Origin: an uncultured Oscillospiraceae bacterium
Lineage (GTDB): Bacteria; Bacillota; Clostridia; Oscillospirales; Oscillospiraceae
Assembly: GCA_964524815.1 (NCBI GenBank)
Contig: CAZGFK010000001.1
Location: 19,871-83,870, forward strand
Length of the DNA stretch: 64,000 nucleotides
Direction of reading: 5' to 3'
This document shows positions 9,876 to 20,233 of the stretch, piece after piece. Within the stretch, counting starts at the first letter, position 1. Each line of letters begins with the position of its first letter. The translations under genes were made by a program, and so were the position numbers. The notes below the pieces were generated by a model, which did no database searches, was not told the origin of the DNA, and worked only from the letters and a program-made list of their open reading frames with translations.

Positions 9876-10470
9876 GAGAGGAAAGCTGATTGTTATTTCC
9901 GGTCCGTCCGGCGCGGGGAAAGGCACGGTTGTGTTCAAGGCCATTGAGGGGCGTACAAATGTTTGCTTTTCAACATCCGTCACCACCCGCAAGCCCAGAC
10001 CCGGCGAGGTAGACGGCAAGGAGTATTTCTTTGTTGACCTTGACAGATTCAAAGAAATGGTTGAAAATGACGAGCTTTTGGAGCACGCGGAGTATGTTGC
10101 CAACAGCTACGGTACGCCCCGCGCATATGTAGAAGAAAAGCTCAATTCCGGGCTTGATGTTATCCTTGAAATCGAGGTTCAGGGAGCGCGCCAAGTGAAT
10201 GAGAAAATGCCGGAAGCAGTTAAGATATTCATTATTCCACCCTCTATGGCCGAGCTTCAGCGCCGTCTTGAATCGCGCGGAACGGACACGGCGCGCGCCG
10301 TGGAAGCCCGTCTTATCCGCGCCCGCCAAGAGTACAACGAGGCCGATTTTTACGATTATATAATCGTCAATGACGATGCCGAGCGCGCCGCGGCGGAGCT
10401 TTCCGCAATCTTGACGGCGGAGCGCTGCCGCGCAAAAGGGCGCGAGCAGCTTTTGAAAGACCCTGTTTAA
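9868..10470 (+). CDS. gmk: Guanylate kinase
   Basis: Has the P-loop [11 protein letters not shown]. Starting at ATG 9868 gives the usual short N-terminus and an 8-nt overlap with remA. The ORF-track start 9841 is also possible. Confidence 0.9.
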   Translation: MNERGKLIVISGPSGAGKGTVVFKAIEGRTNVCFSTSVTTRKPRPGEVDGKEYFFVDLDRFKEMVENDELLEHAEYVANSYGTPRAYVEEKLNSGLDVILEIEVQGARQVNEKMPEAVKIFIIPPSMAELQRRLESRGTDTARAVEARLIRARQEYNEADFYDYIIVNDDAERAAAELSAILTAERCRAKGREQLLKDPV

Positions 10471-10504
10471 AATTTATTCTAACATAGATTGGAGACTGAT
10501 TATT

Positions 10505-10693
10505 ATGATGCTTTATCCCCCCGTGGCCGAGCTTGTCGAAAAAGTCGGCAGCCGCTACCAGCTTGTGAACCTTGTCGCGAGAAGAGCGCGTCAGATTTCC
10601 GTTGATGCCGAAGAAAAGCAGCTTCCTCTTGAAAAGAAGCCTGTTTCCTCCGCCATTGATGAGGTTTTTACCGGTAAGCTCTCTATAAAGTAA
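10505..10693 (+). CDS. rpoZ: DNA-directed RNA polymerase subunit omega
   Basis: A 62-aa protein containing SRYQLVNLVARRARQI, in the conserved position after gmk. Confidence 0.9.
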   Translation: MMLYPPVAELVEKVGSRYQLVNLVARRARQISVDAEEKQLPLEKKPVSSAIDEVFTGKLSIK

Positions 10694-10700
10694 TGATGAT

Positions 10701-10727
10701 GTAAGCGGGGCGGGATTCCCCGCTTAC
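10701..10727 (+). other. GC-rich hairpin between rpoZ and priA, with no U-tract
   Basis: GTAAGCGGGG (10701-10710) pairs with CCCCGCTTAC (10718-10727). The hairpin is followed by GCTATAG rather than a T-run. Confidence 0.5.
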
Positions 10728-10748
10728 GCTATAGAAAGGCCAGCGCTT

Positions 10749-12998
10749 ATGACCGGCAAATTTGCAAAAATCGCGGTGTCTGCCGCTACATATTGGATAG
10801 ACCGCCCTTTTGACTATCTTGTGCCGAGTGAGCTTGAAGCCTCGGTTGCCGTGGGTAAGCGCGTTTATGTTCCGTTCGGAAAGGGCAACCGCCGCAGTGA
10901 GGGCGTTGTGCTTGCATTGTGCGATGAATGCGCCTATGAAAAGCCAAAGCCGATTCTTGCCGTTATAGATGAAGAGCCTGTTTTGAGCGAAGAAATGATA
11001 AAGCTTGCCTTTTTCATGCACGAGCGCTTTTTCTGCAAGGTTTACGATGCGCTCAAAGCTATGCTCCCGGCGGGACTTTGGCTTAATGATGACGGCAACA
11101 CCCGCGTAAACGATAAAACCGTTGAAATGGCGCGGCTGTGCGTTCCCTCGGCGGAAGCGCAGATGCTTTGCGATACTAAGCGCTCCAAAGCCCCGCAACA
11201 GGCGGCATTACTGGAGAATCTATGCTCCTTTGAAGCGCTTGCCACGACGGATTTACTGCGCCACACGGGCGCAAAGCGCGCATCCCTAAAAGCGCTTGAA
11301 AAAGCGGGGATAGTTGAGCTATACGAGCGCGAGGTGTTTCGCCGCCCGGAGATATATATCGGCGAACTTGAACCTCTCCCCGTGCTCAATGCCGCACAAA
11401 ATGATGCGTACAGCGGCCTTGCCGCACTTTTGGAGACAGAGGAAGCAAATGCGGCCTTGCTCCACGGCGTTACCGGCAGCGGGAAAACAAGCGTTTACAT
11501 TCACCTCATCCGGTATTGCCTTGACATGGGACGCTCGGCGATTTTGCTCGTGCCGGAAATTGCGCTCACGCCGCAAATGCTCAAAACCTTTTCTTCGCAT
11601 TTCGGCGATGAAATAGCCGTTTTGCACAGCAGCCTATATGTCGGCGAGCGTTATGATGAATGGAAGCGGATTAAAAAAGGTAAAGCGCGTGTCGTCATCG
11701 GCACGAGAAGCGCGATTTTTGCTCCCGTTTCAAATCTCGGGCTCATCATCATAGACGAGGAGCAGGAAGAAACCTATAAATCCGACAATACCCCGCGCTA
11801 CAATGCGCGTGATATCGCGAAATACCGCTGTGCCCGGGCAAAGGCGCTTTTAACCCTAGGCTCAGCCACGCCCGATATCGTCACGCGCTACAATGCCGAA
11901 ATCGGCAGATATAAATATTTCCGCCTGGATACGCGCTATAATGCGATGTGCTTGCCCGAAGTCAAGATAGTTGACATGAAGAAGGAGCTTCGGCACGGTA
12001 ACGGCGGCAATATCAGCTCGTTTTTGAAAGAAGAGCTTGAAGAGAATATTTCACGCGGAGAGCAGAGCATACTGTTTCTAAACCGCCGCGGCACAAATAA
12101 GCTTGTCACCTGCGGCGAGTGCGGTTATACCTATAAATGCCCCCGGTGCAGTGTGTCCCTTACGTATCATAGCTTAAACGGCCGTCTTATGTGCCACTAT
12201 TGCGGCTATTCCGCCCCGCTTGACGAAGCCTGCCCCGACTGCGCGGGCAAATTAAGCTTTGTCGGCGCGGGTACGCAAGCCGTGGTGGATGAGCTTAACG
12301 AGCTTTTCCCCGGCACGGAGATTTTGCGTGTTGACACTGACTCCGTTGCCCCTGTCGGTTCGCATGAGCCGCTTTTTGAACGTTTCAGAAAAGAGAACAT
12401 TCCCATAATGGTGGGGACACAAATGGTCACAAAGGGGCTTAACTTTGAAAATGTGACGCTTGTGGGCGTTATTTTGGCCGACCAAAGCCTTTACGCGGGC
12501 GATTACCGCGCAGGGGAGCGGACTTTCAGCCTTTTAACGCAGGTTGTCGGCAGAAGCGGACGCGGCACAAAGCCCGGACGCGCCGTAATCCAAACCTTTA
12601 CGCCGGACAATGAAACCATTGTTCAAGCCGCCGTGCAGGATTACGAGGATTTTTATCGCTCGGAAATTGAGCTTCGCAAAATTCACTCGCTCCCGCCGTT
12701 TACGCAGCTATATTCCGTCACGGCTTCCGGTGCGGACGAGGCGCAGGTGGTTTTTGCCTGCCGCTATATTCGCAGCTTTTTCGATACTGTTTTGAAAGGG
12801 CGCGTCGGTTGCATAGTGCTGGGTCCGACACCGCTGGCGGTTGTAAAGGTGAATAACCGCTTTCGCTATCGCGTCAACCTCTGCTGCACGGCAGAGCGCG
12901 AGATAAGGGAGCTTATTTCCCGCATTGTCACGGAGTGCAGCACGGATAAGCGCTTCAAGGGCGTGTCGGTTTACGCCGACAATGATCCCTCAACCTGA
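10749..12998 (+). CDS. priA: Primosomal replication restart helicase PriA
   Basis: Carries Walker A GVTGSGKT, DEEQE, the Cys-rich zinc region CGECGYTYKCPRCSVSLTYH...CHYCG...CPDC, and QVVGRSGR. Confidence 0.95.
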   Translation: MTGKFAKIAVSAATYWIDRPFDYLVPSELEASVAVGKRVYVPFGKGNRRSEGVVLALCDECAYEKPKPILAVIDEEPVLSEEMIKLAFFMHERFFCKVYDALKAMLPAGLWLNDDGNTRVNDKTVEMARLCVPSAEAQMLCDTKRSKAPQQAALLENLCSFEALATTDLLRHTGAKRASLKALEKAGIVELYEREVFRRPEIYIGELEPLPVLNAAQNDAYSGLAALLETEEANAALLHGVTGSGKTSVYIHLIRYCLDMGRSAILLVPEIALTPQMLKTFSSHFGDEIAVLHSSLYVGERYDEWKRIKKGKARVVIGTRSAIFAPVSNLGLIIIDEEQEETYKSDNTPRYNARDIAKYRCARAKALLTLGSATPDIVTRYNAEIGRYKYFRLDTRYNAMCLPEVKIVDMKKELRHGNGGNISSFLKEELEENISRGEQSILFLNRRGTNKLVTCGECGYTYKCPRCSVSLTYHSLNGRLMCHYCGYSAPLDEACPDCAGKLSFVGAGTQAVVDELNELFPGTEILRVDTDSVAPVGSHEPLFERFRKENIPIMVGTQMVTKGLNFENVTLVGVILADQSLYAGDYRAGERTFSLLTQVVGRSGRGTKPGRAVIQTFTPDNETIVQAAVQDYEDFYRSEIELRKIHSLPPFTQLYSVTASGADEAQVVFACRYIRSFFDTVLKGRVGCIVLGPTPLAVVKVNNRFRYRVNLCCTAEREIRELISRIVTECSTDKRFKGVSVYADNDPST

Positions 12999-13033
12999 TA
13001 AACAAAAAATACAGATATATTTAGGAGAAAAGA

Positions 13034-13531
13034 ATGGCACTGAGACATATTTTAACGCAGGAGCAGCCCACGCTCTACAAAAAAAGCCGTCCGGTTACGG
13101 AGTTTAACGGCCGCTTGGAGCAGCTTTTGGATGATATGACCCAAACGCTTGATGCGGCGGGCGGTGTTGGCTTGGCTGCGCCCCAGGTGGGTATATTGCG
13201 CCGCGCCGTGCTTGTTATTGAAACCAACGTTCCCGAGGGCGAAAGCGAGTATGTTATAGAGCTTATTAACCCCGAAATCGTTGAGGCCAAGGGCGAGCAA
13301 GAGGGCGCAGAGGGCTGTTTGAGCGTGCCGGGTGAATACGGCATTGTCAAGCGCCCGGAGCACGTAAAGGTGCGCGCACAGAATAGGCACGGCGAATGGT
13401 TTGAGGTAGAGGGAGACGGCCTTACGGCGCGCTGCTTCTGCCACGAGATAGATCACCTTGACGGAATAGTGTTCACCTCTAAGGCCGAGCGTATGCTCGA
13501 CCCCGATGAGATAGTTACCGAGGAGGACTAA
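13034..13531 (+). CDS. def: Peptide deformylase
   Basis: Carries the GVGLAAPQ, EGCLSVPG and HEIDHLDG motifs. Confidence 0.95.
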   Translation: MALRHILTQEQPTLYKKSRPVTEFNGRLEQLLDDMTQTLDAAGGVGLAAPQVGILRRAVLVIETNVPEGESEYVIELINPEIVEAKGEQEGAEGCLSVPGEYGIVKRPEHVKVRAQNRHGEWFEVEGDGLTARCFCHEIDHLDGIVFTSKAERMLDPDEIVTEED

Positions 13532-14457
13532 TGCGTATTGTTTTCATGGGAACGCCGGATTTTGCGGCGGCCTCGCTGAAAAAGCTATTGGACGAGGGCT
13601 TCGATGTCGTGGGTGTGTTCACCCAGCCCGATAAGCCCAAGGGGCGCGGCATGGAGCTTGCCTATTCGCCGGTAAAAGAGCTGGCCTTGGCGCATTCCCT
13701 GCCTGTATATCAGCCTGTTAAAATGCGGGACGGCACGGCGCTTGAAGCGGTGAAAGCCCTCGCGCCGGATATACTCGTTGTCGTGGCCTACGGGCGTATT
13801 TTGCCCGATGATATTCTCGCCGTGCCGCAATACGGCGCTATCAATGTTCACGGCTCGCTCCTACCGAAATACAGAGGGGCTGCCCCCATACAGTGGGCGG
13901 TTTTGAACGGAGATAAAACCACGGGCGTTACCACCATGTATTTAGCCAGCGAAATGGATACCGGCGATATTATTTACACTGCCGAAACCGAAATAGGCGA
14001 ATTTGAAACTTCCGGTGAGCTTTTTGACCGCTTGAAAGACATGGGCGCGGAGCTTTTGGTTAAAACCCTGCGCGACATTGAAGCGGGCATTGCCCCGCGC
14101 CAAGAGCAGGAGCATGACATGGCAAGCTATGTGAAAATGCTTGATAAATCCTATTCACCGATTGACTTTACCAAGGACGCGCGCGGCGTAATCAAGTGGA
14201 TATACGGCTTACAGCCGTGGCCGACGGCAACGGCAACGTTGGACGGCACGACTTTTAAAATTTTTGCTGCCGAATATACCGACACGAAAACCGACAAAGC
14301 CCCCGGCACTGTCGTTGACACGGGCAAGCGCGGGATAGAAATCGCTTGCGGCAAGGGCGAAACCATAATGATAACCGAGCTTCAAGCTCCCGGCAAAAAG
14401 CGCATGAGCGCGGCAGACTTTTTGCGCGGCCACAGCATTGCCGTTGCCGATAAATGA
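13531..14457 (+). CDS. fmt: Methionyl-tRNA formyltransferase
   Basis: TAATG overlap with def. MRIVFMGTPDFA, HGSLLPKYRGAAPIQ and a C-terminal formyltransferase domain are present. Confidence 0.95.
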   Translation: MRIVFMGTPDFAAASLKKLLDEGFDVVGVFTQPDKPKGRGMELAYSPVKELALAHSLPVYQPVKMRDGTALEAVKALAPDILVVVAYGRILPDDILAVPQYGAINVHGSLLPKYRGAAPIQWAVLNGDKTTGVTTMYLASEMDTGDIIYTAETEIGEFETSGELFDRLKDMGAELLVKTLRDIEAGIAPRQEQEHDMASYVKMLDKSYSPIDFTKDARGVIKWIYGLQPWPTATATLDGTTFKIFAAEYTDTKTDKAPGTVVDTGKRGIEIACGKGETIMITELQAPGKKRMSAADFLRGHSIAVADK

Positions 14458-15773
14458 TGACCGCGAGAGAAGCGGCGCTTGAAGCGCTTGAAAAATGCCG
14501 CAGAGACGGCGCGTGGTCGGGCGCGGCGATAGACGGCGTTATAAAAAAAGCCGGGCTTGATGCGCGCGAGGGTGCGTTGGCTTCACGCCTTTGCTTGGGT
14601 GTAATGCAAAATGAAGCACTGTGCGATTTTTATATAGACGCATTCTGCTCGCAAAAGGCAGAGAAGCTGCAGCCCAAAGTGCGCAGCATACTGCGCCTAG
14701 GCGTATATCAGCTTGTTTTTCTCGATAAAATCCCGGCGCGAGCGGCTGTGAATGAAACCGTTGCCCTTTGCCGCAGTGCGCATTTGGAGCGCGCTTCGGG
14801 GCTTGTGAACGCGGTTTTGCGCCGCGTCAGCGAGAACCTTTCTTCGCTTCCCGCAATCCCGAACGAGGGGAGCGCGGAACATTTATCCGTGAAATACAGT
14901 CAACCTATATGGTTGACCTCGCGTATAATTGCCGAGCAGGGGTATGACTTCGCACAAGCGTTTTTCAAAGCTTGCAACATCCCGCCCGCGCTTGATATTC
15001 AGGTAAACACCCTCAAGGTAAGCATTGAAGATTATTGTCGTGCGCTTATGCGCGCCGATATCTCGTATAAAAAGTACGGTTTCCCTGTGGGGGCTTTGGC
15101 GCTCTCCGGCGGCGCGGTTACGGCGCTTCCGGGCTTTGAAGAGGGGCTATTCTACGTGCAGGATCGCGCGGCGCGCATGGCCGTTGAGATTGCCGCACCC
15201 CAAAAGGGAGATACCGTGCTTGACGCGTGCTCTGCTCCCGGCGGGAAAGCCTTTTCCGCCGCCGTGCGTATGGAGAACGAGGGAAGTATACTTGCCTGTG
15301 ATATTCACGAAAAGAAGCTCGCTCTTATTCGCCGCGGTGCGGAGAGACTTGGCATAAGCATTATTACCGCCCACGCCCGCGATGCCCGCGAGGACGATGC
15401 GACGCTTTATGATAAATTTGATGTTGTTATCGCCGATGTTCCGTGCTCCGGGATTGGCGTTATCCGCAAAAAACCCGAAATCCGCAACAAATCTGAGGCA
15501 GAGATTTCCACCCTGCCGCAAATCCAGCTTGCGATACTGGAAAGCGTGTCCCGGTTTGTAAAGCCGGGCGGCGTGCTTTTGTATTCAACGTGTACGGTTT
15601 TGCGCGCGGAAAACGAGGATGTTGTAAAAAGCTTTACATCGCGTTATAATAATTTCGCGCTTGACGCTTTTACGCTGGGCGATGAAAAGGTTGAGAGCGG
15701 TATGCGCACATTTTGGCCGAATACGGACAATACGGACGGATTTTTTGCCGCAAGGCTGATAAGGAAAGAATAA
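14454..15773 (+). CDS. rsmB: 16S rRNA (cytosine967-C5)-methyltransferase RsmB/Sun
   Basis: An N-terminal NusB-like domain is followed by the SAM MTase motifs LDACSAPGGK, DVPCSG and YSTCT. Confidence 0.92.
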   Translation: MMTAREAALEALEKCRRDGAWSGAAIDGVIKKAGLDAREGALASRLCLGVMQNEALCDFYIDAFCSQKAEKLQPKVRSILRLGVYQLVFLDKIPARAAVNETVALCRSAHLERASGLVNAVLRRVSENLSSLPAIPNEGSAEHLSVKYSQPIWLTSRIIAEQGYDFAQAFFKACNIPPALDIQVNTLKVSIEDYCRALMRADISYKKYGFPVGALALSGGAVTALPGFEEGLFYVQDRAARMAVEIAAPQKGDTVLDACSAPGGKAFSAAVRMENEGSILACDIHEKKLALIRRGAERLGISIITAHARDAREDDATLYDKFDVVIADVPCSGIGVIRKKPEIRNKSEAEISTLPQIQLAILESVSRFVKPGGVLLYSTCTVLRAENEDVVKSFTSRYNNFALDAFTLGDEKVESGMRTFWPNTDNTDGFFAARLIRKE

Positions 15774-16801
15774 TGGGAAAAGATATATTATCCATGCTCC
15801 CGCAGGAAATAGAACAGGAGCTTTTATCCCTCGGTGAGCCGAAATACAGGGCAAAGCAGATTTTTGAATGGCTCTCGCGCGGTGTGCGCGACTTTGACGC
15901 GATGACGAATTTGCCTAAAGCCCTAAAGGATAAGCTTAAAGAAAACTATACCCTTTATGCGCCCAAGGTGCTTTCCAAGCAGGTCTCCGCGCTGGACGGC
16001 ACGATAAAATACCTTTGGGAGCTGAAAGACGGCAACGCCGTGGAAACCGTTGTGATGAGCTATAAGCACGGCAACACCGTGTGCGTTTCCTCACAGGTTG
16101 GCTGCCGCCAGGGCTGTGCCTTTTGCGCGTCAACCATAGGCGGGCTTGTAAGGTGCTTAGAGCCGGGGGAGATACTCGATGAAGTGATGTACTCTCAGCT
16201 TGATTCCGGCAAGGAGATTTCAAACATCGTTCTAATGGGGATCGGTGAGCCGCTTGATAATTTCGACAATGTCATGCGTTTTTTGGAGCTTGTAAATCAC
16301 CCGCAGGGCATGAACATCGGAATGCGGCACATTTCCCTTTCCACCTGCGGCATTACCGAGCGCTTTGATGACCTTGCCGCACGAGATTTACAGCTTACGC
16401 TCTCCGTTTCGCTCCACGCGCCGGACGATGAAACCCGCTCGAAAATAATGCCCGCAAATCGCGGACGGGGTGTAGATGAGCTTATGCGTGCCTGCAAGAG
16501 TTATTACGATAAAACCGGGCGCAGAATAAGCTTTGAATATGCCATGATTGACGGCGTGAACGATACGGAATACCACGCGCATTTGCTTGCAAAGCGCGCA
16601 AAGAGCGTATCTGCGCACGTGAATCTCATTCCCCTTAACCATGTGGAAGAGCGCGAGTTTCGCCCGTCCACGGCGGGGCATATGAAAGCCTTTATCCGTA
16701 TTTTAGAGGACGAGGGTGTGAATGTAACCGTTAGAAGAAAGCTTGGCGGTGATGTGGATGCCTCTTGCGGCCAGCTTAGAAGAAAAATGCAGACAAAATG
16801 A
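15773..16801 (+). CDS. rlmN: 23S rRNA/tRNA (adenine-C2)-methyltransferase RlmN (radical SAM)
   Basis: TAATG overlap with rsmB. CRQGCAFCAS (CxxxCxxC), GIGEPL and the C-terminal CGQL are present. Confidence 0.93.
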   Translation: MGKDILSMLPQEIEQELLSLGEPKYRAKQIFEWLSRGVRDFDAMTNLPKALKDKLKENYTLYAPKVLSKQVSALDGTIKYLWELKDGNAVETVVMSYKHGNTVCVSSQVGCRQGCAFCASTIGGLVRCLEPGEILDEVMYSQLDSGKEISNIVLMGIGEPLDNFDNVMRFLELVNHPQGMNIGMRHISLSTCGITERFDDLAARDLQLTLSVSLHAPDDETRSKIMPANRGRGVDELMRACKSYYDKTGRRISFEYAMIDGVNDTEYHAHLLAKRAKSVSAHVNLIPLNHVEEREFRPSTAGHMKAFIRILEDEGVNVTVRRKLGGDVDASCGQLRRKMQTK

Positions 16802-16836
16802 GCGACACGCCGATAATTCGGCAGAATTGAGGCAAG

Positions 16837-17583
16837 ATGAAAAGCTTCGGCTTGACCGATAAAGGAACGGTCAGAAAAGACAATCAGGACAGCTACATAA
16901 TAGAAAAGTGCGAGGCGAAGGACTGCCTTATAGTGGCGCTGTGTGACGGTATGGGCGGGGCGAAAGCCGGCGGGCTTGCAAGCCAGCTTTCAAATAAGGC
17001 TTTTGTTTCGCATATCTACGCAAAGCTTACATCCCGCGTACCGCGCGCGATAGATTACCACAAGCTTTTGCTTGACGCGTGCTCTGAGGCAAACGGCGTT
17101 TCGTATGACTATTCGCAGTTTGACGAGGCTTATAACGGCATGGGTACTACCATAGTCGGCGGTGTGATAAAGAGCAACGGGAACGGTTATATTATCAATG
17201 TGGGAGATAGCCGTGCGTACTACATTTCCCACCGCGATGAAGCGATAGTGCAGGTTACGCGCGACCACTCACTGGTTGAAGAGCTTGTGGAATACGGCGC
17301 TATAACCAAGGCGCAGGCGCGCGTACACCCCCAGCGCAATGTCATTACCCGCGCGCTCGGCTCGGAAGCCACGGTAGAGGCGGATTATTACGAGGTCAGC
17401 TTGCAAAGCGGGGATATGCTTATCTTTTGCTCGGACGGGCTTTCAAACGTGATAAACGACCTTGAAATCCTCGATTATGCCAAGGAATACCCCGAGCCGG
17501 AGCTTTTGTGCCGCGCGCTCATGAGCAAGGCATTAAAGCGGGGCGCGGCGGACAATGTGACGGTGCTTGCCGTAATGAAGTAG
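16837..17583 (+). CDS. prpC: PP2C-family Ser/Thr phosphatase (PrpC/Stp)
   Basis: Carries RKDNQDS, LCDGMGG, VGDSR, CSDGLSN and DNVTV motifs, immediately upstream of the PASTA kinase. Confidence 0.93.
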   Translation: MKSFGLTDKGTVRKDNQDSYIIEKCEAKDCLIVALCDGMGGAKAGGLASQLSNKAFVSHIYAKLTSRVPRAIDYHKLLLDACSEANGVSYDYSQFDEAYNGMGTTIVGGVIKSNGNGYIINVGDSRAYYISHRDEAIVQVTRDHSLVEELVEYGAITKAQARVHPQRNVITRALGSEATVEADYYEVSLQSGDMLIFCSDGLSNVINDLEILDYAKEYPEPELLCRALMSKALKRGAADNVTVLAVMK

Positions 17584-17593
17584 GAGACTGCTT

Positions 17594-19264
17594 ATGCAAC
17601 AGGAAAAAAACTATATCGGCATAATGCTTGATGACCGATACGAAATACTTGAAAAAATAGGCGAGGGCGGAATGGCCGTTGTCTACAGGGCGTTTTGTCA
17701 CAGGCTCAATCGCTTTGTCGCCGTGAAAATAATGCGCGAGGAAATGGCTGATGATGAGGAGTTTCGCCGCCGTTTTTGCTCAGAATCCCACGCTATCGCC
17801 ATGCTGTCGCACCCGAATATAGTGGCTGTGTATGATGTCAGCCACAGCGATGATGTCGAATACATAGTCATGGAGCTTGTAGACGGCATTACCTTGAAGC
17901 AGTATATGGAAAAGCGCGGTGCAATAAGCTGGAAAGAAGCGCTGCACTTTTCAAAGCAGATCGCCAAGGCGCTTGCCCACGCGCACAGCCGCGGCATAAT
18001 CCACCGCGACATAAAGCCGCAAAACATTATGCTTTTGAAAGACGGCACTATCAAGGTTGCCGATTTCGGCATAGCGGCGCTTGAAAACGAAATAGAAGAG
18101 AGCGGACAGGCTATAGGCTCTGTTCACTATATCGCGCCGGAGCAGGCGCGCGGCGAAAGCCCCGATGCAAGAAGCGATGTGTATTCGCTCGGCGTTGTGA
18201 TGTATGAAATGCTCACCGGGCATAAGCCTTATACCGGCGACACGATAGGCGAGATTGCCGTAAAGCATATGAGCTCGCTGCCGGTAAACCCGTCGGACTA
18301 TGTTCCCGATATCCCGGAAGAGCTGGAGCGCATCACCTTAAAGGCCATGTCCTGCCCGATAAATAAGCGCTATCAGTCCGCAAATGAGCTTTTGGACGAC
18401 CTTAACGCCTTTTCTCAAGCCCAGCTCGCTGCCGAGAATACCGCCGCCTTTGCTAACCCCGCTGTCGCCCCCGTGCGCTCCGTGAGCGAGCTTCCCAAGG
18501 CGAAATTCAGCGTCCGCCGGAGAAGATCCAATACCGTGGCTTTTATGTCCGGTATGTTCGGTGCGCTGGTGCTTGTTGTGGCGCTTTTCGTGTTCCTGTG
18601 GGATTTTTGGCTCGAGGAGGTTTTCTCCCCGGCGGAGCGTATACCACTGCCGAACTTTGTCGGCAGTAACTATGAGGCGATAGTGAATAATGCGGATCTC
18701 GCTTCAACCTATAATTTCAAAGTCACCTATATCATCGACACCGACACCGAAAGCGGAAAAATACTCAGCCAAAACCCCGAACCCGGCAGAAGCATGATGC
18801 TCACGCCGGACGGCATATCTGTTGAGCTTTCCGTGAGTACGGGCGTTGTTCTGACAAGTGTGCCGAATGTCGCGGGGATAGACTACCGCGAGGGAATATT
18901 GGAGCTTCAAAAAGCGGGCTTTGTCGTGGAAGTGGAAAACGCCACCTCGTCCGATGTTCCAAATGACGCTGTAATCAGCACAAGCCCCGCCGCCAATGAG
19001 CAGATAAGCGCGGGTTCTACGGTTTACCTTGTTGTCAGCAGCGGCGCACAGGTTTCCTATGTATCCACGCCGAACTTTGTCGGCCTGACGGAAGAGGCCG
19101 CCATTACGAAGATAGCAAACTCCGGCCTTACCTACGGTGGCTCGGAATCTGTCTCCGGCGACTATGACGCGGGCACGGTTATCGGACAATCCCCGGCGGC
19201 ATTCCAAGAGATAGAAGAGCATGGCAAGGTTACGCTTCGCGTATCTACCGGGCCTTGGGGTTAA
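17594..19264 (+). CDS. prkC: Ser/Thr protein kinase with extracellular PASTA repeats (PrkC/PknB)
   Basis: The Hanks kinase motifs GEGGMAVVY, VAVK, HRDIKPQN, DFG and APE are present. One TM helix follows, then three PASTA-like repeats (VPNFVG.., VPNVAG.., TPNFVG..). Confidence 0.95.
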   Translation: MQQEKNYIGIMLDDRYEILEKIGEGGMAVVYRAFCHRLNRFVAVKIMREEMADDEEFRRRFCSESHAIAMLSHPNIVAVYDVSHSDDVEYIVMELVDGITLKQYMEKRGAISWKEALHFSKQIAKALAHAHSRGIIHRDIKPQNIMLLKDGTIKVADFGIAALENEIEESGQAIGSVHYIAPEQARGESPDARSDVYSLGVVMYEMLTGHKPYTGDTIGEIAVKHMSSLPVNPSDYVPDIPEELERITLKAMSCPINKRYQSANELLDDLNAFSQAQLAAENTAAFANPAVAPVRSVSELPKAKFSVRRRRSNTVAFMSGMFGALVLVVALFVFLWDFWLEEVFSPAERIPLPNFVGSNYEAIVNNADLASTYNFKVTYIIDTDTESGKILSQNPEPGRSMMLTPDGISVELSVSTGVVLTSVPNVAGIDYREGILELQKAGFVVEVENATSSDVPNDAVISTSPAANEQISAGSTVYLVVSSGAQVSYVSTPNFVGLTEEAAITKIANSGLTYGGSESVSGDYDAGTVIGQSPAAFQEIEEHGKVTLRVSTGPWG

Positions 19265-19267
19265 TGT

Positions 19268-20155
19268 ATGGCAGAGGGAATCATCATAAAAGCCCTCAGT
19301 GGGTTTTACTATGTGCAGACGGAAAGCGGCGTTATTGAGTGCAAGGCGCGCGGCCGTTTCCGCCTTGACGGAACCTCTCCCCTTGTCGGCGACAGGGTGG
19401 AATGCAGCACGGACGCAACGGGCAAAGGCCGCATAGATAAGGTGTATGAGCGCAAGAACTTTTTCATCCGCCCGGCTGTGGCGAATGTGGACGCGCTTAT
19501 CTTTGTCGCGGCGAACACAAACCCAGTTACAGACCCGTTTTTAATTGACCGAGTTACCGTCATTGCCGAAAGCGCCGGGTGCGAGCTTATATTGTGCATC
19601 AACAAAACGGACATTGACCCGGCGGACGAGCTTTTTGCGCTCTATACGCGCGCGGGGTTCACCGTTGTGCGCACAAGCGCCGCAACAGGGCAGGGGATAG
19701 ACGCGCTCAAAGCCGCAATATCCGGCAAAATCTGCGCCTTTACGGGCAACTCCGGTGTGGGGAAGTCGAGCATAATGAATGCGCTTTTGCCCGGCATAAA
19801 CATCAAAACCGCCGAGGTCAGCGAAAAACTCGGCCGAGGGAAGCACACCACGCGCCACGTTGAGCTTTTTGACCTCGGTAACGGCTGCTTGGTTGCGGAC
19901 ACTCCCGGCTTTGCGTCCTTTGATTTGGAGCTTATGGAAGCCATACCGAAAGAGCAGCTTCAACATAGTTTTATCGATTTTGCCCCCTACATAGGTGAGT
20001 GCCGCTTTTTAGATTGCGCGCATTTGAAAGAGCCGGGCTGCGCGGTAACGCGCGCCGTGGCCGCCGGAGAAATTGCGCCGAGCCGCCACCGCTCCTATGA
20101 ACGCCTTTACGAGCTTTCCGCCAAGCACAAAGCGTGGGAAACAAAAGAAAACTAA
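19268..20155 (+). CDS. rsgA: Ribosome small subunit-dependent GTPase A
   Basis: Has a circularly permuted GTPase (NKTD then GNSGVGKSS) and the zinc knuckle CRFLDCAHLKEPGC. Confidence 0.95.
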   Translation: MAEGIIIKALSGFYYVQTESGVIECKARGRFRLDGTSPLVGDRVECSTDATGKGRIDKVYERKNFFIRPAVANVDALIFVAANTNPVTDPFLIDRVTVIAESAGCELILCINKTDIDPADELFALYTRAGFTVVRTSAATGQGIDALKAAISGKICAFTGNSGVGKSSIMNALLPGINIKTAEVSEKLGRGKHTTRHVELFDLGNGCLVADTPGFASFDLELMEAIPKEQLQHSFIDFAPYIGECRFLDCAHLKEPGCAVTRAVAAGEIAPSRHRSYERLYELSAKHKAWETKEN

Positions 20156-20169
20156 GTCATATAATAATT

Positions 20170-20215
20170 GCCCGAAGCGTATTATGTAGAGAAATGCGCT
20201 TCGGGCGTTTATTTT
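20170..20215 (+). terminator. Intrinsic terminator after rsgA
   Basis: GCCCGAAGCG (20170-20179) pairs with CGCTTCGGGC (20197-20206), followed by GTTTATTTT. Confidence 0.75.
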
Positions 20216-20233
20216 AATGACGGGAGGACAAAA